A DNA stretch of 64,000 nucleotides from Hormiphora californensis (lineage: Eukaryota; Animalia; Ctenophora). The translations under genes and the position numbers were made by a program. Each line of letters begins with the position of its first letter. Positions within the stretch are counted from its first letter, which is position 1. Location: assembly GCA_020137815.1 (NCBI GenBank), contig CM035351.1:8742001-8806000 (forward strand), read 5' to 3'. The notes under the pieces are model-generated. The model was not told the DNA's origin. It saw only the letters and a list, made by a program, of their open reading frames with translations, and did not search any database. Below, one piece after another: positions 28,326 through 50,773 of this stretch.

Positions 28326-29569
28326 GTTGTTTTCATATTTCCTCCCCCTAGCGGATCCACCACCTGAGTCTTGAACTCCAGTAACTGTAGGACCACCGAT
28401 TGCTGTATTTCTGCCTTCATGACCTCCAGTGCTTTCAGTAAAAAATCCTTTGTTAGGGGCTCTTCCCTCTTCACTTCTGGTTTCTCTTTACGAGGTTCGG
28501 CATTTATCTTTTCCAGTGTCTCCAGGAGAAACTCCTTAGTTACTGGTCCTCCAACTTTTTCTGTCTCCGGCATTTTCCTCTGCCGCTTAGCTCTAAACGC
28601 CGTGTCTGCTGTGTCTCCTACCTGAGCAGAGGGTTTCCATGCCGTTGTCCGCTTTGACCCTTCTGGTTTCCAGGGGTTCTGGGGTTCCTCTCTCGTCCTA
28701 CTAGTGTGCAATAGGTGTGTCATTCTACACTGGTTGTCGTAGCACGCTCTTCTTGCATCGGAACCCTTACACAGGGGTGGATGATGAAACTTGCACTGCG
28801 CTCCCTTGATGCAGCCATAACGTTTGGAACCTCCATAGTTGCAGAATCTCTTGCAAAGTACCGGGTGAAGTTTTGGGCATGATTTTCCGTTCACCAACTG
28901 ATCTCCTTTTCTGCCGTGTCTGCAATTTTTGTTCAGAAAGTAACTACATACATTTCCGGAGTTAATTTCCAATGTTTTGTCCCCATCCTCTGTACCTTTC
29001 TTCCTCGTATCTTCTTTTTTCTCTGCCGCCTTGTTGTCGTCAGCGTCGACCTTCTCGTCACCATCCTTCTCGGTGCCGACTGTCTTCTCATCCTCCGTCT
29101 CATTCGGGTCTTGGTTCTGCTCCTCCCTGTCAGTATTTTCCTCATTTTTCTTCCAGCAGCAAAAGCATAACCATACAGACCCAAGCCTGCTTCCCTCTAC
29201 TGAGAACTTACATGCGTGTGCCCCTTGCCCACACAGAAAGCACCTCAATATGGGTTTTTTCCCAAGTTCGATCCTGTATTTTTCACCGCAGTCTTGACAG
29301 TCAATGGGAAACAACGTTTCTATCTGGAGAACTATCTTGTCCGCCAGCTCTCGCTTGTCTCGAGATTTCCCGTCCCGTCCCACTAGCGGTACTCCCAGAA
29401 CCTTACATACCGGTTTCAGTTCATCGTTAGTTTTAACTTTCATCCGGCTAACATTTTCCTCGTGGCTATCCTCAAACTCGTAAACTTCGACAGCTTTCGC
29501 ACCCTTGGCACCAGCCGCTGTCCTCAAGTTCGCCAACACTGTCTCCACTATTCCTGCATCATCGGACAT
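28277..29569 (-). CDS. LINE ORF1 with a PHD-like finger and CCCH zinc-finger cluster
   Basis: CQDC..CFLCGQGAHAC..WLCFCC (PHD-like); CSYFLNKNCRHG..CPKLHP..CIKGAQCKFHHP..CRMTH (CCCH). First ATG at 29569. Confidence 0.88.
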   Translation of the reverse strand: MSDDAGIVETVLANLRTAAGAKGAKAVEVYEFEDSHEENVSRMKVKTNDELKPVCKVLGVPLVGRDGKSRDKRELADKIVLQIETLFPIDCQDCGEKYRIELGKKPILRCFLCGQGAHACKFSVEGSRLGSVWLCFCCWKKNEENTDREEQNQDPNETEDEKTVGTEKDGDEKVDADDNKAAEKKEDTRKKGTEDGDKTLEINSGNVCSYFLNKNCRHGRKGDQLVNGKSCPKLHPVLCKRFCNYGGSKRYGCIKGAQCKFHHPPLCKGSDARRACYDNQCRMTHLLHTSRTREEPQNPWKPEGSKRTTAWKPSAQVGDTADTAFRAKRQRKMPETEKVGGPVTKEFLLETLEKINAEPRKEKPEVKREEPLTKDFLLKALEVMKAEIQQSVVLQLLEFKTQVVDPLGGGNMKTTWGTAGIHPILQSFTS

Positions 29570-29754
29570 AGCTGCAAATGATTTGAGGGGGGGGGGGGGG
29601 TGCCGCCTCAAATTAATTTGTTTAAAGTAGTGTTGAAAAGTTTGATACGGAATGTTTCCACTTTCCAGGGAGGCCGGAGGGAAGGCTTTGTAAGGAACTG
29701 ACACCGGTGTAGGATCTACAGGGCGCCGTTACGATCTGGGTATTTGGTGGCCTG

Positions 29755-32700
29755 TTTAAACATTCATAAACATTCATAAATAAATTAAGCATTGTACACA
29801 AAGTTTCAGCTCAAAAAGAGCTAACACTCAGACACCAAAAGGAATCGGGTTTTAATGGGCAGCCAAACAACATAGAAAAGCAAAACACCCCTGAATGATT
29901 TACTCTCTGAAAACACTCGGATCGTTTCTCCAATCCAACAGGGAGTTACTGTGCTGAACACTATACCCACGAACCGGTGGCTGGTCAGGGATGGTGGACA
30001 GATATTTACCGAGCGACTGCTTTAGCTCGAGTAGGGAAGCTGAAGATCTCACTACCCGAGGCACTGCATTCCATAACTGAGCTCCTTTTACGCCGAATGA
30101 TGAGTCATAGGGGCCAGAGATGGATTTTTGGGCCAAGTAGTTATACCGAGGGATTACCGCTCTGGTGCCAAGGCGTGGGTGCTCTGTAAACAAGAGACTC
30201 GTACTGTTTGGTACTACCTTATGCAAGACCTTCCAGACGTGGATAATTATATATCGTTCTCGGCGCCGTTGAAGGGACAGGATTTTGAGGTGATGGATTC
30301 TGTCCCAGTAATTCATGCCCGAACAACTCGCGATCCTGCGGGTGAATTGTCTCTGTGCCTCCTCAACCAGTGCAATATCTGACTTTTTGACAGGGTTCCA
30401 TAGGGGACAACAGTATTCAACCTGGGGTCTGACGATGGATTTGAGTAGGGTTAGCATGGTGTCATCCGATCTATCCCGAAACACACTAAGTGCCCAGCCA
30501 CTCATCCGACGAGCCTTAGTCGTGATGCTGCCGATATGCTCCGACCATGCACAGTTTGTTGAAACAAGGACTCCTAGGTCTTTGACAGATTCGCTAGGGG
30601 ATATCGTTTCGCCTCCAGGCCCACTGTAGGAGTAGTTTTCATTGGAGAATGGCAGCTCTCTTAACAGTTGGGTGGAGCGAAGAGTATAGTTCATAACTTC
30701 AAATTTGTCCTGGTGTAGGGACATGTTGTTATCTGTCGCCCAACGTGCAAACACAGCTAGACTTTTCTGGAGATCCTCTCTATCATCCAATGACTTGATT
30801 GCCTTCCACAGCTTGGAATCGTCTGCGAAGGTGAGGACTGTGCCAGAAAGAAGTGTCTCTATGTCTATCATATAGACTAAAAACAACAAGGGACCAATAA
30901 CTGTACCCTGTGGGACACCACTGATGACCAATTCCTCCCGAGACTGAGCACCATCTACCATCACTGTTTGTACTCTTTCTGAAAGGAAGTTGTTGATCCA
31001 ACGGTGTAGCTGTCCCCGAATACCGTATTTTTCCAATTTTGCCATCAAGACCTTGACATCGACTTTGTCAAAAGCCTTCTCCATGTCTAAATACACAACA
31101 TCCACTTCGTGTCCGTTATTCAGTTCTCTCATGACATTATCGTAGTGGTTTAAGAGTTGAGTCAAGCAGCTTCTGTTCCTCCGGAAACCATGCTGGCCAT
31201 CGTTGAAGAGCCCATTTCCCTCCAGATGATCGACAACTTTGTTTCTTACAACTCTCTCAAATGTTTTAATCATGTGGGAGGTGAGTGCGACAGGCCGATA
31301 ATTTTTTGCCTCCATTTTGGATCCTTTCTTAAACACGGGTGTTATATATTGGCGTTTAAGGGTACGCTAACCAAAATTTTTTTTCGAGTGCAGGGAAATC
31401 TCTCACCGTAGGGTTGTAGGCCATACCAAGGAGACCTCAAATATGCAATTTTAGCTCTTAAGTCGAATTCATATTTTTGCTACAGCTATTTAAAAAATGT
31501 CCTGTAAATACGTTTTTGGCATCTCAAAAATTTTTTTAAAAAGATAGGAGCATGAAAATTTGGGGATTTGAAGAGGACATGAAGGTGAATAACCACAAAA
31601 AAAAATTTTTGCAATCCGAGCTGATTTCCGGTCCTGAGATGGATTTCTTTTTTTCCACTTTAACGCCCTATTTGGCAAAGTTCCGAAAACATGTGAAAGC
31701 TGTAAATTGGTGAAAAGTTGCGTCTAACGATTGTCTAAGTGGCCATAAATTTTGGGCGTGTCCTTATTTGAAATAAGATGTACAGAGTTTTTTTTGTGAA
31801 AGCCGTCATTTTAGAAATAAATAAATTCCCTGTATCTCAAAAACGGCTGATCGTAGAGACCTGCGACTATGCTTAAACGATTCAGAAGGTCCGATTTTGG
31901 GGGGGTCTTCTGAGAGACATTTTGCTCCTACTTCAACCGTTTTTGCTGTAATTGCGAAAAACAAAAACCCATCTTCGCCATCGTGGATTTTTTGTGATTT
32001 TGTTTTTGGTGATTATAGGGACCCATATGGACCAAATAGTGAAGGAATTAGCTTGTTACACATTTTTCCATAGTTTCGGTCCTTTCTTAGCCAAAATTCC
32101 CTAATTACAGGATATTGGAGTTTAGCTTTTGCCCTTTCCATAGAATTTGTTTTTCGCAATTACAGCAAAAACGGTTGAAGTAGGAGCAAAATGTCTCTCA
32201 GAAGACCCCCCCAAAATCGGACCTTCTGAATCGTTTAAGCATAGTCTCAGGTCTCTACGATCAGCCGTTTTTGAGATACAGGGAATTTATTTATTTCTAA
32301 AATGACGGCTTTCACAAAAAAAACTCTGTACATCTTATTTCAAATAAGGACACGCCCAAAATTTATGGCCACTTAGATAATCGTTAGACGCAACTTTTCA
32401 CCAATTTACAGCTTTCACATGTTTTCGGAACTTTGCCAAATAGGGCGTTAAAGTGGAAAAAAAGAAATCCATCTCAGGACCGGAAATCAGCTCGGATTGC
32501 AAAAAAAAATTTTTTGGTTATTCCCCTTCATGTCCTCTTCAAATCCCCAAATTTTCATGCTCCTATCTTTTAAAAAAAATTTTTGAGATGCCAAAAACGT
32601 ATTTACAGGACATTTTTTAAATAGCTGTAGCAAAAATATGAATTCGACTTGAGAGCTCAAATTGCATATTTGAGGTCTCCTTGGCATGGCCTACAACCCT

Positions 32701-33625
32701 ACGGTGAGAGATTTCCCTGCACTCGAAAAAAATTTTTGGTTAGCGTACCCTTAAGGCATGTTGGTACGACACCCTCATGGAAAGAACAATCCCAAAGTAA
32801 CCATAAGGGGTATGCCAACTGTTTCCGGCACTTGGACAGTATAACCGCTGGTATGTCCCCTGGTGGTGCTCCAGCGTAAGGATCTAACTCAGCCAATGCA
32901 TCCTCAATACAGCCGGGAGTAAAATCAAGATTGTCCAGTGTGATGGTCGTAGAAGGAATATCCTTAGTAGCCTCCTCGGCCGAACACTTAGCAGGATCGC
33001 TAAATACCCCCACATACTGTGACTGAAGAATGTTTGATTTCTCCAGGGGATCATCGGTAACTGTGCCATCAGGTCTTAGGAGTGGGGCCACACTAGACTT
33101 GATTTTCCGATGCTTGTTTACAAATGACCAGAAAAACCGTGGATTACATTTGATAGTGCCAATAGCCTTTCTCTCTCTTCCTTCCAGAAGCCCAAGGAGG
33201 TGAACCTTTATCCTATCACCAGTCTTCTCAATTTTACGGTTAAGCTTATCAATCAGGGACTGGTAGGAACATCTCTCCCTAGCAAGTTTTAACCGGGAGT
33301 TCAACTTTTTCTGCCTTCTTTTCAATCGTTTCAGATAGGGATCCCTCTTCTTTAAATTGCTAAAAACCTTCCGTTTAGAATGCTTTTCGAACACGCCTAG
33401 AACAATCTCTGTAATACATTGGACATAGGCGTGGCCGCCATCTTCCATGTCATATGGAGCTAAGTGTTCGTCCCAGTTGATAGCGTCTAGCTCCTCACGT
33501 GCCCCGGTGAAGTCAGCATTGTGGTAATCAAGTGCCTTGAACCCTCTAGCAGCTCGTTTGCAGTCTGACTTAGCCTGTTTCAGCCCAACTCCCAGAATGC
33601 AAGAAACGAGAGCGTGGTCAGACAT
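29755..33625 (-). mobile_element. 5'-truncated CR1-clade LINE (second family), ORF2 split by a MITE
   Basis: ORF pieces 33625-32751 and 31355-29900 rejoin in frame (PTCLK-RQYITPVFKKGSK) once the insert and one TTAA are removed. RT motifs QHGFR, PQGTVIGP, FADD. 3' tail (TTTATGAATG)2 near 29755-29785. Confidence 0.92.
31360..32750. mobile_element. Kolobok-like non-autonomous element (1391 bp) with ~600-bp inverted arms
   Basis: TTAA|GGGTACGCTAACCAAAA...TTTTGGTTAGCGTACCC|TTAA. A TTAA TSD with purine (RR) termini fits Kolobok rather than piggyBac (CCY). Confidence 0.85.
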
Positions 33626-33627
33626 TT

Positions 33628-33845
33628 GGGTCGCCGTTACATCCAGGTGCCCGCTTCCAAAAAAGTTGATTCAAGGCCTAACCCCAACCCTAACGGCTAA
33701 CCCTAACCCTACTTTAGCCCTAACTCTAAAAACCCGTTTGTCAGCACTCACCAAACTCCCATATTTTAACGCTGCCCGGATCTTCACAAAGACAATACCA
33801 AGATACCAAGGCCTCCAGCAGACAGTCTGCTGGAGGCCTTTGAAT
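33628..33845 (+). mobile_element. Putative Helentron-associated short element (HINE/DINE-like)
   Basis: T-rich flanks, degenerate (CCTAAC)n core, imperfect subterminal inverted repeat, and a perfect 16-bp-arm 3' hairpin at 33808-33840. Confidence 0.5.
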
Positions 33846-34261
33846 TTTTTACGGGTCGCATGAATCTGCTGCAGACTCACAGAAGACGCTAGGCGGTCAG
33901 GTGACACAATGGAGGCATGTCACATTTAAGTCAGAGTCTGCTGTATGCAGTAGGGATCTAGCAGAAGTTAGTTACAAACGAATCCAGGGAATCTAAACTA
34001 CTGGGAGCGTTTGAAAAAGCTGAAAATTGCTACAGTCTACACTACGGCATAATTATGATGTGGAAAATGGCCATTGGCCAATGGCAAAGCACCCAACAAC
34101 ATGATAACAACAACAACCGTCTCGGTCGGACCAATCTATATAACCAAATTTGAAATTATATATTTGCTTCTATCATCAATTCTAGCTGGAAGTATACAGC
34201 TAGCAAATATCATCCTCATACCCATCTCACCTTTCTCTGATCACCATTTTAGTTAGACGAT

Positions 34262-35028
34262 ATGGCTGAAGCAATTGGTAAGGTTGGCAAGCGGGGTAAG
34301 AAGAAGAGGGAGCTAACAGCAGAACAAAAGGACGAGCTGAGGGAGGCATTTGATCTTTTTGATTCTGATAAAGATGGGGTCATTGATTATCATGAGCTCA
34401 AGGTGAGTTTTGAGTACTTGATGTGTGTCGCTCCCTGTAAAATATATATAATCCTTTTTTCTGTTTAGAATGCAATGGTTGCCTGTGGCGGCCGGTATAA
34501 TAAACTGATCATCATTTGTATTGAGAACTATTGTGTTTGAGAACTATGGTGTTTGTATTGATAACTATGTGTTTTAGTAATGTTGTCTACTTGCTATCAG
34601 GTTGCCATGAAGGCTCTGGGATTTGATGCTAAAAAGGCGGAGGTGCTGAAACTTATGAAAGACTACGACCGAGATGGCAGTGGAAATATGTTCTGGGAGG
34701 ACTTCTTTGACATCAGTAAGTTATTTTATACAGTCTGTTTAAAAAGTTAACATAGCATTTTTTGGCGTCCCAACCTTGTCAGCAATGTCCCCTCTTCCAA
34801 ACACAATCCACTCTCCCTTCCTAAATCCTAACTAAATCATCTCTCCTTGCTCAGTGAAGTCTAAAATGCTGGAGCGAAACCCGGAGGAAGAGATAAAGAA
34901 GGCATTTACACTATTTGATGATGAAGGGTAGGTGATAGTTCGTAATTCTGTATCAAACCCATAGTGTCAGTTTTGCTTCAGCTGACTAGGACTACAATGT
35001 CAAGTTGAACTTTGTTTCCCACTCCTGC

Positions 35029-35059
<31 letters not shown>

Positions 35060-35619
35060 AACTGTTCGTCCCGTTTATATTTCCTCTATTATTCCCTATC
35101 CCTCAATACTCCATATTGACAGGACTGGAAAGATAACACTACGCAACCTCCGACGAGTTGCCAGGGAATTGGGTGAGAATATGACTGAGGAGGAGCTCAG
35201 GGCAATGATTGATGAATTTGATACCAGTGGAACTGGAGAAAGTGGGTTTGTTTTGTTTGATAATTTGATATGTTTGTGTGATTCCTGTGTGTCTTCCCTG
35301 TCATCTGTCTCTGTTAAATCGTGTTTGTTACCACGAATAGATATACGATTTGATTAGAATTGGATTCGATTGATTGAGATTGATTTGTCGACCAACTGCA
35401 CAACACTGCATTTGTTATTGTGGCGCGCGCGGTCGTGTCAGAATACAAAGTGCAGCTGTCAGCACTACGTGGCGGGACCGTGGGAATATTTAGTGGGATT
35501 GGGACCAAATTAACGGCCAGTCACCCCATCTTTTATTCTAAGTACTGTGAAATGTTAACTCCTAATTAATTTCAGTTGACTTGAACAGATTCACGAGCAT
35601 CATGATAGGGGATCATTGA
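34262..35619 (+). CDS. CETN3: Centrin-3
   Basis: Exons 34262-34402, 34601-34715, 34855-34927, 35123-35241 and 35576-35619 join in phase. Peptides [77 protein letters not shown], and end IMIGDH*. Confidence 0.95.
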
Positions 35620-35830
35620 AGAAACCAATTTCCCGCTGCAGAGACCTGAAAAATATGTACAATATGGAATGTGATATGTTTTTACATTTGTATAAATTCA
35701 GACTAATAATATACAATCTATCTTTATTATATCCAACACATTTAACAATTGTTTTGATTCTCCAAACACCTTTCCCATCGGGTTGCCCATAATGTCCCAA
35801 TTATTCGAACATCTTCTTTATAGCAAGATA

Positions 35831-45978
<10,148 letters not shown>

Positions 45979-46752
45979 AGCTGGAGCCTGTCACCATGAC
46001 AACAGGGGCATCCTTCCTCTTTGTAATCTCTATATCGGCCACCGGGAATAATCTATCAGGTTTAAATTTCAGGGATGTTGAAACACTTTTAGAAAACCAT
46101 TTTTATTTGTAAATAGAACTTTGTTAATGTGATGTTGAAAGTTATAAATTCCCAAATTGAATAGAAGTTTACTAGTAGGCCCGTTCGCCCTACGGGCGAA
46201 TTTCGGGGAAATGGTAGCTTGATTAGGGAACGCTGACATCACCTGCACCATCCGTTCCTAGCCTATCTCTCACTTTCTCCCAACCCATGTTGTTGTACGC
46301 TCTGGGCTTCCTGACAATGTCAAGGTGCGAATTTAAGAGATCAATGTCAGGGAGGTGCAGTGCTGTTCCCAGTTCCAGAAACTCATCACGTGAAAACTTG
46401 CCGATTCGGAGATTTCACCCTTGGGTAAAGTTATCAGTAGTCGTTGATTGGCTCGCTTGAACACGTTGGCGTAATCTGTCATATTCTCTAGCCTGCTCCC
46501 TGACAGCAGCAGTTCTCCTGGACCTAGCTTAGATAAACGTTGCCTAATAAGCAATAGCGCTTGGGATGGATGAGCTAGACATCAGGACAGAAGTAAAAGA
46601 ATGTACGTGCAGAATTGAATTTCCCCTTGGTACCCAACTTCAACCGGGAGAGAGGTGTCCAGGTCACTCTAATAATTGCACGTGCAAGTGTAGTTGCTAG
46701 GTGATCTCTGTCACACAATTTGCTTAGTAAGTAGTATGATTATTACATCTGT

Positions 46753-46796
<44 letters not shown>

Positions 46797-46808
46797 ATCT
46801 CTATCTCT

Positions 46809-46852
<44 letters not shown>

Positions 46853-47176
46853 CTTGTCACACTCACGTGTAGCTTGTAGCCGAAGTGCGTGCACTAGGCA
46901 CATGGTTTAGTATTACTTAGACGTTCGGCTGGTAAATATAGATCTTGTCACATGAGCGGTCATCATTATCATCGAGAGGGAGAGAAAGATTCTCTTTTGT
47001 AACTTCTCCATTTAGCACTTGTTATTCTTTTCCTATCTTTCTTTCTTTCCCTGTGTATCTCTTTCTTTAGTCGTGAGCTTTCTAGATAGATCCCTGACGA
47101 GGTGGGAGATCGTTTATCCAGTCCAAAATATCTAATAGCTTGTTGGAAACATGTTTCCGAGAGACATAGTCACATG

Positions 47177-47261
<85 letters not shown>

Positions 47262-47539
47262 TTCTCTCTCTCTCTCCCTCCCCTCTTTCTTTCCCCTCTC
47301 TCTCCCTATCTTTAAACCGAGCGATCGTGATGGCCGATTAGCTTGACGTGGGTCTTGTTAACTCTCCTCCCTCCTCTAATAGACGATGATGGATCACGTG
47401 ATGATGGTGGATTCTGATTGGTCACACCCACCACCACCAGGGTATACCTACGCCGACCGGTCAGATCCGCACCACATTTCTCTTCTGAACCGTCTACCAT
47501 CAGCTAGTTGAATTGTGATATCAGCCCCCAGACATTACC

Positions 47540-48005
47540 ATGAAGCTGTTTGTCATCCTCGTCCTTGGACTTGCCTTTTGTGCAACTACCAGCGAAGCCG
47601 CTAGCATGTGAGTGCAACCCCTTACCCACCCCCCCCCCCCCCGGGCCAGGGGTCCCCCCTCCTATATTGGTTGTTGTGTGCTTAAATATTGGTGACGCGG
47701 TCACCCCTCCACAAGGGCCGCGCGAAGCGCGGCAACGAAGCTCGCGAAGCGAGCTGAGTAACATAATAGGGGATGTCATCACCAAGCTTAAATATGGGGC
47801 TAAAGTGTTCCTAAAACCCCATTATTTCTGGAGATCAGTTGTATAATGAAGAGTTTTTACTTTTACAATAAACCCCCTTCTTTTCAGCGAGTTCGTGGAC
47901 ACCGAGCTGAGTGAAGGTCTTGCAATGGATGAAGCCGAGGCGGTGGCTGCAGAGGACTTTGCCTACCGAAAGGAGGAGGAGTCAGCGTTTCTGTTTGCTG
48001 ACTAA
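47540..48005 (+). CDS. Small secreted prepropeptide (neuropeptide precursor), 61 aa, 2 exons (47540-47607, 47888-48005)
   Basis: MKLFVILVLGLAFCATTSEAASI/EFVDTELSEGLAMDEAEAVAAEDFAYRKEEESAFLFAD*. Signal peptide, acidic propeptide, RK dibasic site, C-terminal decapeptide. Phase-2 intron gtgagt...ttttcag. Confidence 0.88.
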
Positions 48006-49956
48006 GAAACATCCCCCACACCCCTGATCCCCTGCCAGACTAATCCAATGTAAGTTGATTTGTGGTAGCATTATACTTAAAGTGTGTTGTTTTTAACGCT
48101 GTAAATCAATTGGTCGCCATGGTAACGCTGTGTAAATCAATTGGTTGTCAAGGCAACTCAATGGCAGTTTTCTCGATCCACACACACACTCACCACCATC
48201 CGTGAAAAAAGGGGGGACTTTGGGGGTTGGAATGTGAGTAATATGAAACCTGGTGCTAACTGGGGAGATGTAACTCATTTAGGGAGATCACGTACTCATT
48301 TTAACTCGATCCTTTCCATGTTACTATGCTTCAGCTGCACTTACCATATACACCATGTACTTTGGTTACGAAGTCACCCCTATTATTGCTAGCGCAGAGG
48401 GGGAATTTCATTACCAGGCATGTACTGTATGAACTAGTTGTATTAGAATTAGTTGTGTGTAGCCTTTTTCCCGGATGTTTACGTGCTATAATACCTACTA
48501 CCATGCTTTTAGTTTTCTGCTGAAGATTCTTTGTACCTATATATGTTTGATGTTTTACCAACATTCTATACCTTCAAACTTCTTCTACACATGTGTTAGC
48601 TCTACTACCAGTATTATATACCAGCAGCTGAGTAGTGTGTTTCCTCTATCACTTGTAGTGTTCCCTTTTCGGCTGGTGTTCCCCCTTGCAGCATTGCTCA
48701 GTCAGATGTGTAAATATGTTAATCCTGCTTCAATCACATGTGCTGCAGCAGCTGCTTCATCAACAGTATATATTAGCTCCATCTCCCTCCCTCTCAGGGA
48801 CTTCTAAGGAGGCACACCTGGAACAGTTTCCCGCCCCCCTCCCATGGACACCCACCTCCTGGCCTGAGCACATCTCACCACCTGCGCCACCTATAACACT
48901 ATCTGGACCTGAGTGTCCACGAGGCTGGCCCGTGATTGTGTGTGTGTGTGTGTAGCGGACACAATTTGTTTTTTAGTCGCTCTCTCTCTATTTTTATGTG
49001 CAGTTGCAAGTTAATATGCATTCCATAAATACCAAATATCGCGTTTTAAATCATTTTATAACATTTATTATTGCCCCTTGGGCCGGGTTGGAGGCATGAA
49101 ACCTCGGGAATAATATAGCTACAACATATAGATACATGGTTAGGGAATAGAGAGGAATATCCATGTAGAGCTTCAGGGGACATCGTCAATGAGCATTATA
49201 ATGCTCTATTACTAAAGACATGATGTTATAGGGCACACGTGTGTCTTTACAGAGCACACGTGTGTATTATCAGAGCTGGATCAGCTCAAATTATGGTCTC
49301 ACTTTTTGGCTGGGTGGTATATAGTTGCGTTGTGCCGTAGAGAAACTATCATTCTTGGAACTATGGTATGTCCGCGACTTCTTATACTTCTCGTTCTAGG
49401 CTAAAACTAGTGATCTAGAACTTCTTACTATAGATCGATTCAGCTTGTATTATACTTATGGATATATCTACCTGATCATGACCCAGATTGCCTAATATCC
49501 AATAACTATACGGGATAGTATTCCTATACTCCCCATATATAAGTTCAATTTAAAAAGCACATTTAGTAAACTGATTTGAAGGATTGTAATATAAATTGTA
49601 CAAAGTCAAATAATATTAGATTTTCTAATCACTCTCTTAAACGGGCCGTAATTTCCAATATGGATCACTTGTGGTAAAAATTTCAAAAAATCTGTAAGGT
49701 ATGTCAAATGGTGGTCACCGTCACTTTCTCTCTGTATTTATCTCTCTCTCGCTCTATCTCTATCTCTCGCCCTCTTCCTTTCTCTCTTTCTTTATCCCTC
49801 TCTCTCACTCTTTCTCTCACTCTCGTTCCCTCGTTATGTCTCACTCTCTCTTTCTTTCTTTCTCTCTCTGTCTGTCTCTCTCTCTCTCTCTGTCTCTCTC
49901 TGCCTCGCTCTGCCTCTCTCTCTGTCTCCCTCTGTCTCTCTCTGTCTCTCTCTCCT

Positions 49957-50013
<57 letters not shown>

Positions 50014-50128
50014 AGCTCTCTCTCTTTCTACCTCTCTCTCTATAAATCATGCCACGTGCACTGCAAAAAGTTCTCACTGAAATCCTGCTTCAATCATTGC
50101 GACACCCGGTATAAGCAGGGGACTCGCA

Positions 50129-50202
<74 letters not shown>

Positions 50203-50391
50203 TACACAGACCTAGCTGTCCGTATCAGGGGTGCCGATATGAGAACTCATTTTCCATGCATCGCACACCCCCGAACTGCAATCATGATACTGTCCGTTAT
50301 CTGACTGGTCATCGTACAATAGCTGGTCCGTGATGGATCTCTTTTCTGAATGTTCTCTCTCCTAGTTCTCTACACTTGTTCGGCATGGTAT

Positions 50392-50714
50392 TCACGGTGC
50401 CAGACTCCCATCAATAGTGGAGGGAGCGTTCCTCAGGAAGAGAAAGGGAGAGGTAGGGGTGCTGTACCTTCCACACTGCTTCACCCACTCTATGTGTCCA
50501 GCGAACCATCGTCTGTGTGACTGGAGAATGGATTGGGCAACTGCATCTTCCGGGTCGATCATTGCACTGAGCTTGTTGTGGGTCCTTACTATCTCATTCG
50601 CCCTGTAGAGAAGGGTGGGATTAGTCGCGAATTCATATAAACGTTATGCCGAATTGATCATCCCATAGACGGGGTGAAGTAAGGGAAAAAAGATACGGAG
50701 CGGTATGGAGACAT

Positions 50715-50773
<59 letters not shown>

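Larger units (their letters stand above)
25177..29750 (-). mobile_element. Apparently full-length, intact CR1-clade LINE
   Basis: ORF1 plus EN-RT ORF2 without stops, and a 3' (TTGAAC)n tail at ~25177-25206. The 5' end is approximate. Confidence 0.92.

Noticed and set aside
33678-33727. Telomere-like (CCTAAC)n tracts (also 59687-59717)
   Set aside because: Short, degenerate and internal to small mobile elements.
46333-46554. 73-aa minus-strand ORF
   Set aside because: No recognisable homology and no partner exons that I could link.
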